This document shows positions 10,898-20,541 of a DNA stretch of 64,000 nucleotides, piece by piece. The stretch's first letter is position 1, and every line of letters starts with the position of its first letter. The DNA is taken from the IMG/VR virus record IMGVR_UViG_3300045988_112808, one strand, 5' to 3'. Origin of the DNA: a virus. A model generated the notes under the pieces. The model saw only the letters and a list, made by a program, of their open reading frames with translations, was not told where the DNA came from and ran no database searches. The position numbers and the translations under genes were made by a program.

Positions 10898-10940
10898 ACC
10901 GGTCGGCGGGCAATAGAATACCCGTGGCCGGTTTGTTTCA
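10898..10940 (+). terminator. possible terminator (imperfect GC hairpin + TTTGTTT)
   Basis: CCGGTCGGCGGG...CCCGTGGCCGG then TTTGTTTCAC. Confidence 0.3.
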
Positions 10941-10957
10941 CATAACTTTTTTTTGAC

Positions 10958-11134
10958 ATGAATATAGCACACGAATCTAAATCGAATAAAACCCCATTGT
11001 ATTTAATAGGAGAGTTGATTGGCGTACCGAATACGGTTATGGACTCAGCATTGCATGAACTGAAAGATAGAATAGACAAAGACCCTAAATATAAAGATGT
11101 TAAAAATTGGCTCGAATCTTTACCCAAGATCTGA
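10958..11134 (+). CDS. small hypothetical protein (58 aa, MNIAHESKSNK...)
   Basis: ATG-initiated ORF below track cutoff, followed by strong terminator. Confidence 0.4.
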   Translation: MNIAHESKSNKTPLYLIGELIGVPNTVMDSALHELKDRIDKDPKYKDVKNWLESLPKI

Positions 11135-11155
11135 ACCTATTTTTCCCAATACCAG

Positions 11156-11191
11156 GCCCGATGCGATTTTAACGTATCGGGTTTTTATTTT
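11156..11191 (+). terminator. intrinsic terminator
   Basis: CCCGAT-loop-ATCGGG hairpin followed by TTTTTATTTT. Confidence 0.7.
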
Positions 11192-11236
11192 AATTCATAT
11201 TGTTTTATTTTAAATCTAATTAATTCATAAATGTCG

Positions 11237-11244
11237 TACATTTG
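11237..11244 (+). promoter_or_regulatory. TACATTTG -7-like promoter element
   Basis: perfect TAnnTTTG 17 nt upstream of ATG 11262, downstream of terminator. Confidence 0.3.
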
Positions 11245-11261
11245 TTGAAAAAGTATTCTAT

Positions 11262-11489
11262 ATGGAAAATAAGGAAGATTACGTTGGTTACGAAGATCAA
11301 GAACTGTGTAACCGGTATTACAAAGAGGCCGAAGCCATGAGGCAAAAGCAGGACTGGTATCGGCTTAGGGCTGTCCCTGCTCCGGCCAAGGGAACGCCAT
11401 CGCCCGGCTGGGGTCAGCTTGGACGTGGAAATGAAGTTCGTGTCAAGTACGTTAGCATCAATTCAGGATTAGGAGGGGACAGATTATGA
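11262..11489 (+). CDS. hypothetical protein
   Basis: ORF track; ATGA overlap with next gene. Confidence 0.6.
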   Translation: MENKEDYVGYEDQELCNRYYKEAEAMRQKQDWYRLRAVPAPAKGTPSPGWGQLGRGNEVRVKYVSINSGLGGDRL

Positions 11490-11701
11490 CCGTAGAAGAA
11501 TTGGCTAATAAAAGATACGGTGGCGAATTTGTTTTTATGCTTGGTCATTTGGAAGGTGTAACAAGATTCGTTTTTGAATGTTTCGATCCCAGACCTGATC
11601 ACGAAGGTAAAAATACTTATATGGTTTCCTATTTTGATAAGCGCATCCGTAGAAGAGATGTAGTAGATGTGCCATGTTATATGAGTGTTTTAGCAAAATA
11701 A
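11486..11701 (+). CDS. hypothetical protein
   Basis: ORF track. Confidence 0.6.
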   Translation: MTVEELANKRYGGEFVFMLGHLEGVTRFVFECFDPRPDHEGKNTYMVSYFDKRIRRRDVVDVPCYMSVLAK

Positions 11702-11721
11702 ATTAAAATATTGTAAATATC

Positions 11722-12243
11722 ATGGTTAGAATCGCATATTTCGGAACCGATGGCTGCCCCGGTCATCACGTTATTCCAATACGAGGTAAATTCACAGAAG
11801 AGGATATTAAGGTAATAGAATCTGTAGATTGTGATGATTTCTATAAGGTGTTTGACGTTATGCGTTTTAAGATAGCTGAGTTTAAAGGATGGACGATATT
11901 GGGAATCCCGGCAAGCTTAGACGATCATAGACCTGGGAGCAAAACCGTTATCTTCATAGAGGGTAAAGCTAACGAAGCTGATTTTATGGAAGTCATACAA
12001 GAGTATTCTTTTCTTAAAAATAAGGTAAAGAAACTTATCGAATTGTATCATGATGGAGAATGGCTTGCGACTGGTAAATTGAATCAAGATCCGCCTACTA
12101 ACAAGGAGCGGTTTCAATTTATGTTAGACAAGGATGATAAACTGGTGGTGGTTCCTGGAACGTGGCATGGTAGGTTCAAGAAAGAATGGCCTACTGAAGA
12201 AGAAAAGAAGCATATTGGTAAAAACGGTATTTTAAATTATTGA
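11722..12243 (+). CDS. hypothetical protein
   Basis: ORF track. Confidence 0.65.
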   Translation: MVRIAYFGTDGCPGHHVIPIRGKFTEEDIKVIESVDCDDFYKVFDVMRFKIAEFKGWTILGIPASLDDHRPGSKTVIFIEGKANEADFMEVIQEYSFLKNKVKKLIELYHDGEWLATGKLNQDPPTNKERFQFMLDKDDKLVVVPGTWHGRFKKEWPTEEEKKHIGKNGILNY

Positions 12244-12246
12244 TTT

Positions 12247-12552
12247 ATGTGTGATAAGGAAATTGTTGTATGCGCAGCTATATGGGTTCAAGATCACAAG
12301 AACAAGCCTCACGGTCCAGTAAACATACCATCCGGAACCGTATTTTGTGGATTGAGACATTGTTCCATAATATCTCAACTTGCGGCATACGGTATAGCCC
12401 ATAAAAACCGCAGTGTTCAAGGATTTTTGACGAGCAAGAACCGGTTTTTAACAAGAGAGGAAGCATCTGAACTTGTTAAGAGCAATAATCAGGAAATGGT
12501 AGTAGATAGGAGTGCTATTAGAGAACAATTGTATTCAGAAGATCTATATTAA
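12247..12552 (+). CDS. hypothetical protein
   Basis: ORF track. Confidence 0.6.
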   Translation: MCDKEIVVCAAIWVQDHKNKPHGPVNIPSGTVFCGLRHCSIISQLAAYGIAHKNRSVQGFLTSKNRFLTREEASELVKSNNQEMVVDRSAIREQLYSEDLY

Positions 12553-12570
12553 CTAAAAAAACAAAACAAC

Positions 12571-12924
12571 ATGGGGTTTAAAATCAAAAAGTCAATCACT
12601 TATGATATGATGGACGACAGTCGGGTAGAGTATGAATTTGATAATACCAATGATTTAAATCATATCATATTTAAAGGTAATTGTAGAGAACCTTTTTCAT
12701 TTAGCAGAGTACTTGTTGAAGAATTAATTAAGACATTTGAAACCATACGGGATAGATACTTTGATAATTATGAACTTAAGGTCTATCTTTACAATTGCAT
12801 AATTCAACTGAGCGTAAATCCAAAGGATCCCAGTGAATCCTTTTTTGGCGTATATGATAGAGATGAGATGAAATTGATATACGGAATAAAGATCAGTATT
12901 CTGAAAGGAATGTTTGGCATATGA
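12571..12924 (+). CDS. hypothetical protein
   Basis: ORF track; ATGATGA overlap with next gene. Confidence 0.6.
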   Translation: MGFKIKKSITYDMMDDSRVEYEFDNTNDLNHIIFKGNCREPFSFSRVLVEELIKTFETIRDRYFDNYELKVYLYNCIIQLSVNPKDPSESFFGVYDRDEMKLIYGIKISILKGMFGI

Positions 12925-13238
12925 TGACTAAACAAGATATACAAGCAGCGGCATCGTATATTTTCCGAAGCAGTTTTGTCTCGGAGGACCAGGCAAGGAA
13001 AGCAATGGTAAGAGCCGGCAATAACGCTACCAAGATCCTCGTCAAGACCTTTAGAGGCAAGTTGTTCAAGAAAGCTTTTGAAAGAGCCCGTAGAGGAAAG
13101 GATATCAGTTCTTTTGAAAAACAGGAAAAAGAAAGTGGTTTCAATTTTCTACATAATCCTAATAATGGTCGTATGCAAAGCGGTCATATTATAATAGATG
13201 GAATTGGTCTGTTTAAACAAATAATTCATGAAAGGTAA
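12921..13238 (+). CDS. hypothetical protein
   Basis: ORF track. Confidence 0.6.
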   Translation: MMTKQDIQAAASYIFRSSFVSEDQARKAMVRAGNNATKILVKTFRGKLFKKAFERARRGKDISSFEKQEKESGFNFLHNPNNGRMQSGHIIIDGIGLFKQIIHER

Positions 13239-13398
13239 AAAAGTTGATATTCGTTTAGGCAGAGGTCTGGCGAATCAGATTAAGATAAACAAAACCATCC
13301 CAGTGTCTCATAAACCAAAAGAAGAACGTCGAATGATGTTTATTTGTGGTGATGATATTGCTTCTCTTATAAAGCGGTTTGAAAACGAATCAAAGTAA
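13228..13398 (+). CDS. small hypothetical protein (56 aa, MKGKKVDIRLGRG...)
   Basis: ATG ORF below track cutoff overlapping 3' end of previous gene by 11 nt. Confidence 0.3.
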   Translation: MKGKKVDIRLGRGLANQIKINKTIPVSHKPKEERRMMFICGDDIASLIKRFENESK

Positions 13399-13411
13399 TA
13401 TAAAGTAGGAC

Positions 13412-13771
13412 ATGTATCTTGTCCGATTTTTTTTATATATTTGTGGCATGTCAAGAGGTTATTATTGGATACCACAAACAGATGAAACGTTAAATGGCAG
13501 AAGCTATTACGTGGCTAAGATAGTAGGAGATATCACGTTTGATACTAAACGAAAAAGAATCGTATTTCAAGCTGATAGGTATTTCCCTGTAGGATCTGTT
13601 TTCCATTTTACGCACAATTGCTTCAACTATATCATAACTTGCCGACTTCGCAAGCCGGGGCTTTGGTTTGAAGCCAGGAGAGAGGATTCAGGCCCTATTT
13701 GCCCTGAAGATATTGAGCGCTTTGAATCGGGAAGGTTTATACACCGAGATGGGTACATGCATTACATATAA
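13412..13771 (+). CDS. hypothetical protein (alternative start ATG 13448 just after TATATTTG motif at 13436-13443)
   Basis: ORF track. Confidence 0.6.
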   Translation: MYLVRFFLYICGMSRGYYWIPQTDETLNGRSYYVAKIVGDITFDTKRKRIVFQADRYFPVGSVFHFTHNCFNYIITCRLRKPGLWFEARREDSGPICPEDIERFESGRFIHRDGYMHYI

Positions 13772-13823
13772 GCTGAACTTGACGATTTTTCGTAAGATTA
13801 TAATTTTTTTTCATATTATTTTT

Positions 13824-13862
13824 AAGCCATCAGACTGAGAAGTTAGGTGGCTTTATTTTTTA
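13824..13862 (+). terminator. possible intrinsic terminator
   Basis: AAGCCA...TGGCTT stem followed by TATTTTTT. Confidence 0.4.
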
Positions 13863-13882
13863 TGATATGCTTGATTTTTAAC

Positions 13883-13890
13883 TACCTTTG
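13883..13890 (+). promoter_or_regulatory. TACCTTTG -7-like promoter element for giant ORF 2
   Basis: perfect TAnnTTTG 23 nt before ATG 13914. Confidence 0.35.
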
Positions 13891-13913
13891 TCTCATAACA
13901 AAAATGTTTTACT

Positions 13914-16900
13914 ATGACATCAGCGTGTATTATTAAAAGAGATAATAAAAAGAAAGTTGTTTCTGTCTCTACCATATCAGGGGACAGGTCTATGTTATTT
14001 GATAAAATAGCATCTATTCCTCTTATGGAGAACAGGGAACGGGCCACTACTGTTTTTAAAACCGTATTTTCTAATAAGTTCTTAAAGGCTTTTGGCGACT
14101 GGAGAAAGAGAGTGCCTATCAACAAACCGGCTTATAATAAGGTAAAATCCAACATCGATCTTATTCCGGAAGCCTATAGAGAAAGGGTGTTGGATAAGGC
14201 TTCTAAGATGAGTAATCCTGTTCTTGTGTCAAAATCAGATGTACCTTATGAAATCCAAGAATCGGGCTTTGGATTCTACAGCCAAAATCTGGGTGATAAT
14301 ATTATGTTGGTGGATGCTATGGTCCCGTCAAGTATTTCCGTACCGGAAGGACCGGGAATAGACGCCGGGCAGTATCTACAAGATGCTATATCTTCGGACT
14401 TCACTCCCGTATCTATGGTACAGGATAAGGGTGTTAATTATATGGTTATAAAAGATGGTCTTAAGATATTTAGCCCAGAGGAGTTACCAGAAACAGATTC
14501 TAATCCTGTGGGTGTAACGTATCAGACCGGAGAGCCTCGTTTGTTTTTCATGAACGATCGTAGTCAATTATTTGAAGATTACGGAGAAGCTCTTCGCTCT
14601 GGCGGGAATGATATTAGAATAGGGTTCTTATCAGGCACCGTTCAAGAATCTACCGTGGATGGCGTGGAAGACATTACTTACAAAGCTGGAAAGTATGTTC
14701 TTAATAATCCCAAGTCTTTTATACCGGTCATGACCGCGTCTGCTTCTACTTCTTTATCAACAAAAGGTGGTATAATTAACTACCTTATAAAGAAAGGTCT
14801 TTTGTCCGGATCTAAGATATTCGATCCTGAAACAAGAAGCTATTATCTTACAGGAGAAGGACATACAGGACAAATTAGACTTTTCAATTCAGCCTTATCC
14901 TACACCGAGCTCCGTAATCATTTTGGTTCCGATGTTTCCATGAACGACCAAGGTATGATAACCATAAGCTCGTTGGATAATAGTAAGGTAACTATGAGGC
15001 TCGCCACCGGAGGAACGGAAAGGGTTAGCAAAGAGCAGATAAAGAACGATCTTAAGTCAGGAAGATACAATGAATTGGACGCCAAGTACGATCATTTTGA
15101 TGCGCTTGTAGTTTCATTCATATTAGAAGACAACGATCTTTATGCTGATACTAAAGCTAAGATCGTATCAGATTATAGCAGGCAGGAACGTGATCAACGA
15201 AATTCTATTGTCGAGATACTGAAAACTCTTGGCGTTAGTGTCATAGGTATGACCGACTATATAGAGAAGTACCAAACCAAATACGGGCATGAACCTTCTG
15301 CTAAGGCATTGGCGGATATTGCCAATAACGTAATAGCAGTTGGTGAAGATGCTACTTTATCTGATTTAGTAGAAGAAACAGCCCACTTCCTTGTAGAGGC
15401 ATACAGAGATCAGAATGCCGTTGAGGCTGTTCTGCAAGATGTAGAAGGTACGGAAGAGTGGAACCAGTATGCAGGTCAGTATTATAATACATACGGTAAG
15501 GTATATGAAGGAGCTGAGCTTGATAATGCTGTTAGGAGAGAAATTCTTGGAAAGATCCTCGCCATGGAGATGCAGACCGGCACAGCACAGGCGCCGGTAG
15601 AGCCCACCTCCTTCCTGGGGCGCGTCCGGCAGCTTCTCTCTGGAATCGTAAGCTGGCTTAAATCAGCTTTATCAACCCAAAGACAAGATTTGAATAACGT
15701 TATTAAAAACATTCGTGATCTTGCCATTACTGACATAGATAAAGGATTTGACACTTCTCTGTTAAAGGATAATGACTTTACATTATACTCCCTTTCTTCT
15801 ATGAACAAGAACAAGTTTCTTGAGTCTAAGATCAGATCACTAAGAAAAACATTAAGAGACTTACGTCAGATAAGCTCTGATAGGGCTGTAACTACGTCTA
15901 TGACCCTTGCTCAGCTTAAGACCATAGAAGATAAGATAAATAAGGTAGAGACCGAAATAGACAAGAATGAGATGGCGGCTGCCATGAACAGCATGATCTC
16001 CACAGCCGAAGCTCAGGTTAGATACTTAAGTAATGTGGTGAACACCATCCTTCATGGTGATACCAAAGACGGTAAGCTTCACTTCAATACCAATGATCGA
16101 AAGAACGTAGATATTATCAACAATCAGGTTCTTCCGATCATGAACGATCTTCGAGGATATATCCGTAACAGAAGTACCGAATTTGATGAACGTGAAAAGC
16201 AGGATTATACAAATAGGATCAATACCGTCATTGCCGACATCAATGGTATTCAGTCTGATATTAAATCAGTACAAGACCTTGATGAAAGTACGTTGCTTGA
16301 TAAGTTAATGAACGAACTTCATGTGCCGGCAGATAAGGTAAAGAGAGTAAAAGAATTTTTTGACAAGGTTCAACACGATGTTTCTTGGATAAGTAGGTGG
16401 TTTGGTATATTAGAGCATTCTTCCAGCCCGTTCAATAACGCTCTTGGAGCTATGATTGCCAAAGACAATTACAATGCGATGGTGAATGCCCAGCCCGCCA
16501 TATCCGACTTCCTGGCATATGCTAAAAAGCATGGTTTTAACAAATCTGAATTTGAAAAACTGCTTCAGAAAGTAGACGGCAAAACTTCCAATTACCTTCG
16601 TAGTGCTCTTGATATGGCTAAATACGATCGTAATAAGAAGCTGGCGCAGATGCGAGCGTTTGCGACTGCCATGAACATAGAGATATCAGAAGAAGAAATT
16701 GGTGATGTGGTTGACAATAACCGTAATTACGTATTTAAAAGAGAAGTAGTTGACAAGGACGGAAATACGGTTACTGAAAACGCTAAATTTAAACCATCGT
16801 CCGATAGGGTTAATACCGATATTTTTACCATCGAGCAGGAAAAGATCTATACGGAGCAGATGGAAAAGTGGGATGCTGAAAATTCAGAATTGGAATTTAG

Positions 16901-19900
16901 TGAAAGTTATGCCACAAGAATGGAATCCATATACAAAAAGGCTGAAGAAGAATTAGGACATCCGGTTTCTCAAACAACCAAAGAATACCTTAATGCCTTA
17001 TCCCGGCAAAAACGGATATTGAGGCAGCCTTTTATTGATAGCGGTGGTAATTTTGATGAGGTTGCCTACTATAAGAGTAGTAACTACGAAGAAGAAGGAC
17101 TGCTTCGTAAACAACGTAAGGAGGCAGCTTCGGAATACATATATGTAGGAACCAGGAGAGTGGAAAAAACCGGCGACCAACTTAAGATGGCCAAAGAAAT
17201 ACAAGCCATAAATGAAGTTTGGAGAAAAGAATCAAATAATGCCACTAATGCCGTATCAGAATCGTTTTTGCAAAAATTAAGAACGATTCAGAGCGAGTCT
17301 GGAGGAGAAGCTGCGCTGAAGACGCTTATGTTGGGGGGTCACCTGTCATTCAACGATCGGTTTTGGAATGACGTAGAATCGGAACAGTCGGCGCGTACCG
17401 AATCAAATAACAAGGCTTCGTATCTTAAAATGGCGCATGATATCATTAGTTCTACGACAAGTGATAGAGATGCGACTGACGTGGACTCGATTGTAAAAGA
17501 TATAGAAAAAAATAAGGCCATTATCAAGGAAATAATCGGAAACAATCGCGATGTGGCTGATATCGGAGAAATCAATGAAGCGACATTTACCTCATCTGAA
17601 AGAGATGCTTTTAGGGCCGCATCTGAAGCTATTGAAGCCGATTACGCTATTTTGATAGATTATGCTAAGATGGTGGGTCTTGAAGATATTGATAAGTACC
17701 TTACTAAAAGCAGTAAGGCTGAAAACGAAGTAAATCAGTCTTATTTAAGTGCTCTTGCTGACTCTAAGGAAATTGAATGGCAGTTTGCACAGCGTCATAC
17801 TACTGCCAAAAAAGCCAAAAGGATTCAGGCTCTTAGAGATAAGTTATTCATGGCTCAAGATAACAGGTATATGTTTACCGTCTCTGAAACCAACTACTTG
17901 TCAGAAAAATTGGGAATAGATAAAAAGCTAGATCGTAGAGATTTTAGGAATGCGGTTAGAGCTAAGATGTCTGACATATTTGGACACGATAACGGAGTAG
18001 CTGAAGTGAACGATATCGTTAATGAATTTGCCAGGAGCCAGGTCTTTTCGTACTATAAACGCATGGCGCCTACCGGATATGCGGCTATGATCGACAAAAT
18101 CGGTCGAGGTGAGATAGATGTGGCGCAGATGGTTAAGGACGTACAAAACGGTACATCCACCCAAGATTATGGCATGGACATATCGTACCTGTCTTTCGAT
18201 CCTGCAAGGGCATGGGTGGCTGAATCTGAAGCCGAAAATAGCGGCCGTAATCCTGATTATGTAAAAGATCATGGGTATGGTCATCGCATGCCTAAGAAAA
18301 GCCTGTATCGTGATGAATCATATTTCAACGACTTCGGCATTAAGTATGATGCTGATGGTAATGAGGTTGCTACTAAAAACATAGAGCAGTGGAATATGAT
18401 TCAAAAACTCAAGGAAATAAAAAGACAATCCCTTGATCTATACAAAGAGCAGAGCCCGAACCTGTATGCTATTCCACAGATATCCAAACAAGATATAGAA
18501 CGTATAGAAGGGTTAGGTATCAGCCTTAAAAGTACGGTCAGGAACTTCGTATCCGACTTATGTCTTGACCGCGTAGATGACTCCCTGTATGGTAAAACAC
18601 GTCAGGGTGAGGTATATGATCCGGAAGATAGGGTTCGGTCCATACCTAAATACTACATATATGAATTAGAGAACCAAGATGATGTATCTCACGATTTTGG
18701 CTACTCTTATTCGATGCTTATGATGCAGTCATCGTTATATAACGAAAAGCAGAAGTCTATAGAGCTTGCCCAAGGACTGGAGCAGATGTTACTGAATAAA
18801 CAATTTGAGGGTGGTAAGAAGGCTGAAGCAACCCAAGCATATCAGATGTTCAGGGACTTCTTCAACGATCATTATTATGGCATTAGGATGAACACCAAAA
18901 AACTTACGGTGAACATCGGAGGATATACGGTAGACCTTACAAGAATTATGATGGCTGTTGAAAGGTTTATGTCGGTCATGAACTTGGCACTGTCTCCGTT
19001 TGTGGCAGCTACCGGCGCCCTTACCGGCCATATCAACCTCATCATGGAATCTGCCGTAGGACAGTATATAAGCAAAGACTCCCTTAAATACGCATCGGCT
19101 GAGTTTTCACGTCTTGCGCCATCTTGTATAGCAGAAACCGGAGACATAGATAGGAAAAGCAAATTATATGTCATAGGTGAGAGAATGGGGATATTCAATA
19201 TCCGAAATCGTATGTATGGTGCCGGATACAATAGAGCGGCCAGGACCTTAATGCGTTCGCCTATGTATGCTTTTATGGAAATCCTGAACTACCCTCTTGA
19301 TCCGCAGGTTATGATTGCTACTATGGACAATGTTCGTTATTACAAAGGCCGGTTCTACACGTTCCAAGATTTCAAGATGGAAAAAGAACGTAATAAAGAA
19401 CAGAGTACCATAAAAAGAGAATGGAATGCATTAAAAGATCGTACTTTATGGAGTATGGTAGACGTCGTGGATGGGAAGGTGGTTGTAAAGCCAGGATCGG
19501 GTGTTACTGTTGAGGAAGTTGAAACCCAGATGGCTATAACCAGAAATCAAGTTCGTAGCTTGTCGCAGATATGTAACGGATCTTTGAATGAAGAAAACCG
19601 AACTGCCGCATCGCGCAACTGGATAGCCAGGTTCATGACCGCCCACCGAGGATGGTTGGTGCTGGCGGCTCAACGTCTGTGGAAAAGACGTGGCTTCAAT
19701 TTCCAGACAATGCAAGAAGAGGAAGGACTGTCAATTACGTTAAAGAATATGATAGCCAAAACATTTAGCTTAGCTTCCGAGTCTGGTATGAAAAACATCA
19801 TAGATGCCTGGAACGAAAATAAAGACAATATGAATGAGGTAGAGAAAACCAATATAAAACGTCTCAGTGTCTATGCCGGCACGTTCCTTATCATGCAAGC

Positions 19901-20327
19901 CGTATCCATGCTTCTTGCCGGATGGCGTGATGATGATGAAAACGAAGAAAGTTGGCTTACTCAATTTGGATCCTATGTCGGATTCAGAACCATAAACGAA
20001 ATAGCTTCACAGATGCCGTTTATTATGGAGCTTAACGTTGTAGATATCATTAACGACCCGTTTGTCATGGGGCGGAAGTTGAAGGATCTTACTGATCTTA
20101 GGAATTACTCACTTGATAAAGTAACATCCGGCACATACAAAGGAGAGTTTAAGTTATTTAGGCAACTCGCCAAACAGACGTTTATCAAACAATGGTATAA
20201 TATCAAGACGCCGGAAGACGTAGCGCGCGCCTATAATTGGTGGCAGCAGACAAACAACAAGTCAATGATGTTCTTCATCGGCGCTACTCCTGATTCGGAA
20301 GGAGACGATGACGTTAGTTACAAATAG
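13914..20327 (+). CDS. giant hypothetical protein (2137 aa), possibly virion-packaged/ejected protein
   Basis: uninterrupted 6.4-kb ORF ending TAG; C-terminal hydrophobic segments; no DxDGD-type RNAP motif found. Confidence 0.85.
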   Translation: MTSACIIKRDNKKKVVSVSTISGDRSMLFDKIASIPLMENRERATTVFKTVFSNKFLKAFGDWRKRVPINKPAYNKVKSNIDLIPEAYRERVLDKASKMSNPVLVSKSDVPYEIQESGFGFYSQNLGDNIMLVDAMVPSSISVPEGPGIDAGQYLQDAISSDFTPVSMVQDKGVNYMVIKDGLKIFSPEELPETDSNPVGVTYQTGEPRLFFMNDRSQLFEDYGEALRSGGNDIRIGFLSGTVQESTVDGVEDITYKAGKYVLNNPKSFIPVMTASASTSLSTKGGIINYLIKKGLLSGSKIFDPETRSYYLTGEGHTGQIRLFNSALSYTELRNHFGSDVSMNDQGMITISSLDNSKVTMRLATGGTERVSKEQIKNDLKSGRYNELDAKYDHFDALVVSFILEDNDLYADTKAKIVSDYSRQERDQRNSIVEILKTLGVSVIGMTDYIEKYQTKYGHEPSAKALADIANNVIAVGEDATLSDLVEETAHFLVEAYRDQNAVEAVLQDVEGTEEWNQYAGQYYNTYGKVYEGAELDNAVRREILGKILAMEMQTGTAQAPVEPTSFLGRVRQLLSGIVSWLKSALSTQRQDLNNVIKNIRDLAITDIDKGFDTSLLKDNDFTLYSLSSMNKNKFLESKIRSLRKTLRDLRQISSDRAVTTSMTLAQLKTIEDKINKVETEIDKNEMAAAMNSMISTAEAQVRYLSNVVNTILHGDTKDGKLHFNTNDRKNVDIINNQVLPIMNDLRGYIRNRSTEFDEREKQDYTNRINTVIADINGIQSDIKSVQDLDESTLLDKLMNELHVPADKVKRVKEFFDKVQHDVSWISRWFGILEHSSSPFNNALGAMIAKDNYNAMVNAQPAISDFLAYAKKHGFNKSEFEKLLQKVDGKTSNYLRSALDMAKYDRNKKLAQMRAFATAMNIEISEEEIGDVVDNNRNYVFKREVVDKDGNTVTENAKFKPSSDRVNTDIFTIEQEKIYTEQMEKWDAENSELEFSESYATRMESIYKKAEEELGHPVSQTTKEYLNALSRQKRILRQPFIDSGGNFDEVAYYKSSNYEEEGLLRKQRKEAASEYIYVGTRRVEKTGDQLKMAKEIQAINEVWRKESNNATNAVSESFLQKLRTIQSESGGEAALKTLMLGGHLSFNDRFWNDVESEQSARTESNNKASYLKMAHDIISSTTSDRDATDVDSIVKDIEKNKAIIKEIIGNNRDVADIGEINEATFTSSERDAFRAASEAIEADYAILIDYAKMVGLEDIDKYLTKSSKAENEVNQSYLSALADSKEIEWQFAQRHTTAKKAKRIQALRDKLFMAQDNRYMFTVSETNYLSEKLGIDKKLDRRDFRNAVRAKMSDIFGHDNGVAEVNDIVNEFARSQVFSYYKRMAPTGYAAMIDKIGRGEIDVAQMVKDVQNGTSTQDYGMDISYLSFDPARAWVAESEAENSGRNPDYVKDHGYGHRMPKKSLYRDESYFNDFGIKYDADGNEVATKNIEQWNMIQKLKEIKRQSLDLYKEQSPNLYAIPQISKQDIERIEGLGISLKSTVRNFVSDLCLDRVDDSLYGKTRQGEVYDPEDRVRSIPKYYIYELENQDDVSHDFGYSYSMLMMQSSLYNEKQKSIELAQGLEQMLLNKQFEGGKKAEATQAYQMFRDFFNDHYYGIRMNTKKLTVNIGGYTVDLTRIMMAVERFMSVMNLALSPFVAATGALTGHINLIMESAVGQYISKDSLKYASAEFSRLAPSCIAETGDIDRKSKLYVIGERMGIFNIRNRMYGAGYNRAARTLMRSPMYAFMEILNYPLDPQVMIATMDNVRYYKGRFYTFQDFKMEKERNKEQSTIKREWNALKDRTLWSMVDVVDGKVVVKPGSGVTVEEVETQMAITRNQVRSLSQICNGSLNEENRTAASRNWIARFMTAHRGWLVLAAQRLWKRRGFNFQTMQEEEGLSITLKNMIAKTFSLASESGMKNIIDAWNENKDNMNEVEKTNIKRLSVYAGTFLIMQAVSMLLAGWRDDDENEESWLTQFGSYVGFRTINEIASQMPFIMELNVVDIINDPFVMGRKLKDLTDLRNYSLDKVTSGTYKGEFKLFRQLAKQTFIKQWYNIKTPEDVARAYNWWQQTNNKSMMFFIGATPDSEGDDDVSYK

Positions 20328-20464
20328 ACGAAGAATATCGGACTTGCATTGTTTTTGTATGATTCCAATATGTTATATTAGCATCGTCAAAGAGTAGATT
20401 GTACGTTTTTTTGTTCTTACTTGAAAGATTATGTAGGTTTAATTTTTTCTGAAATTGTTTTCTT

Positions 20465-20507
20465 ACCGGTTCTCAGTCAGAGATGATAGAGAACCGGTTT
20501 CTTTTAT
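20465..20507 (+). terminator. intrinsic terminator after giant ORF 2
   Basis: ACCGGTTCTC/GAGAACCGGT 10-bp stem then TTCTTTTAT. Confidence 0.7.
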
Positions 20508-20541
20508 GTTGTCAATTATTGCTATCTTGCAAACAAAAATC

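Noticed and set aside
10688-11127. Overlapping ORFs 10688..10972(-), 10731..10913(-), 10738..10956(+), 10894..11127(-)
   Set aside because: Mutually exclusive, poor composition, and the region is full of repeats and hairpins; only the short plus-strand ORF 10958..11134 is retained.
143-19964. Numerous 60-130-aa ORFs antisense to the two giant genes (for example 143..340, 3339..3698, 4871..5266, 15482..15814, 18875..19231)
   Set aside because: They lie fully inside long, clearly coding ORFs on the opposite strand and have low-complexity or hydrophobic junk composition, so they are spurious.
13914-20327. Giant ORF 2 as a crAss-like or N4-like virion RNA polymerase
   Set aside because: No DxDGD/NADFDGD or T7-like HDS catalytic motif found. 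The closest (YDADGNE) lacks the third Asp, so only a generic virion protein is proposed.
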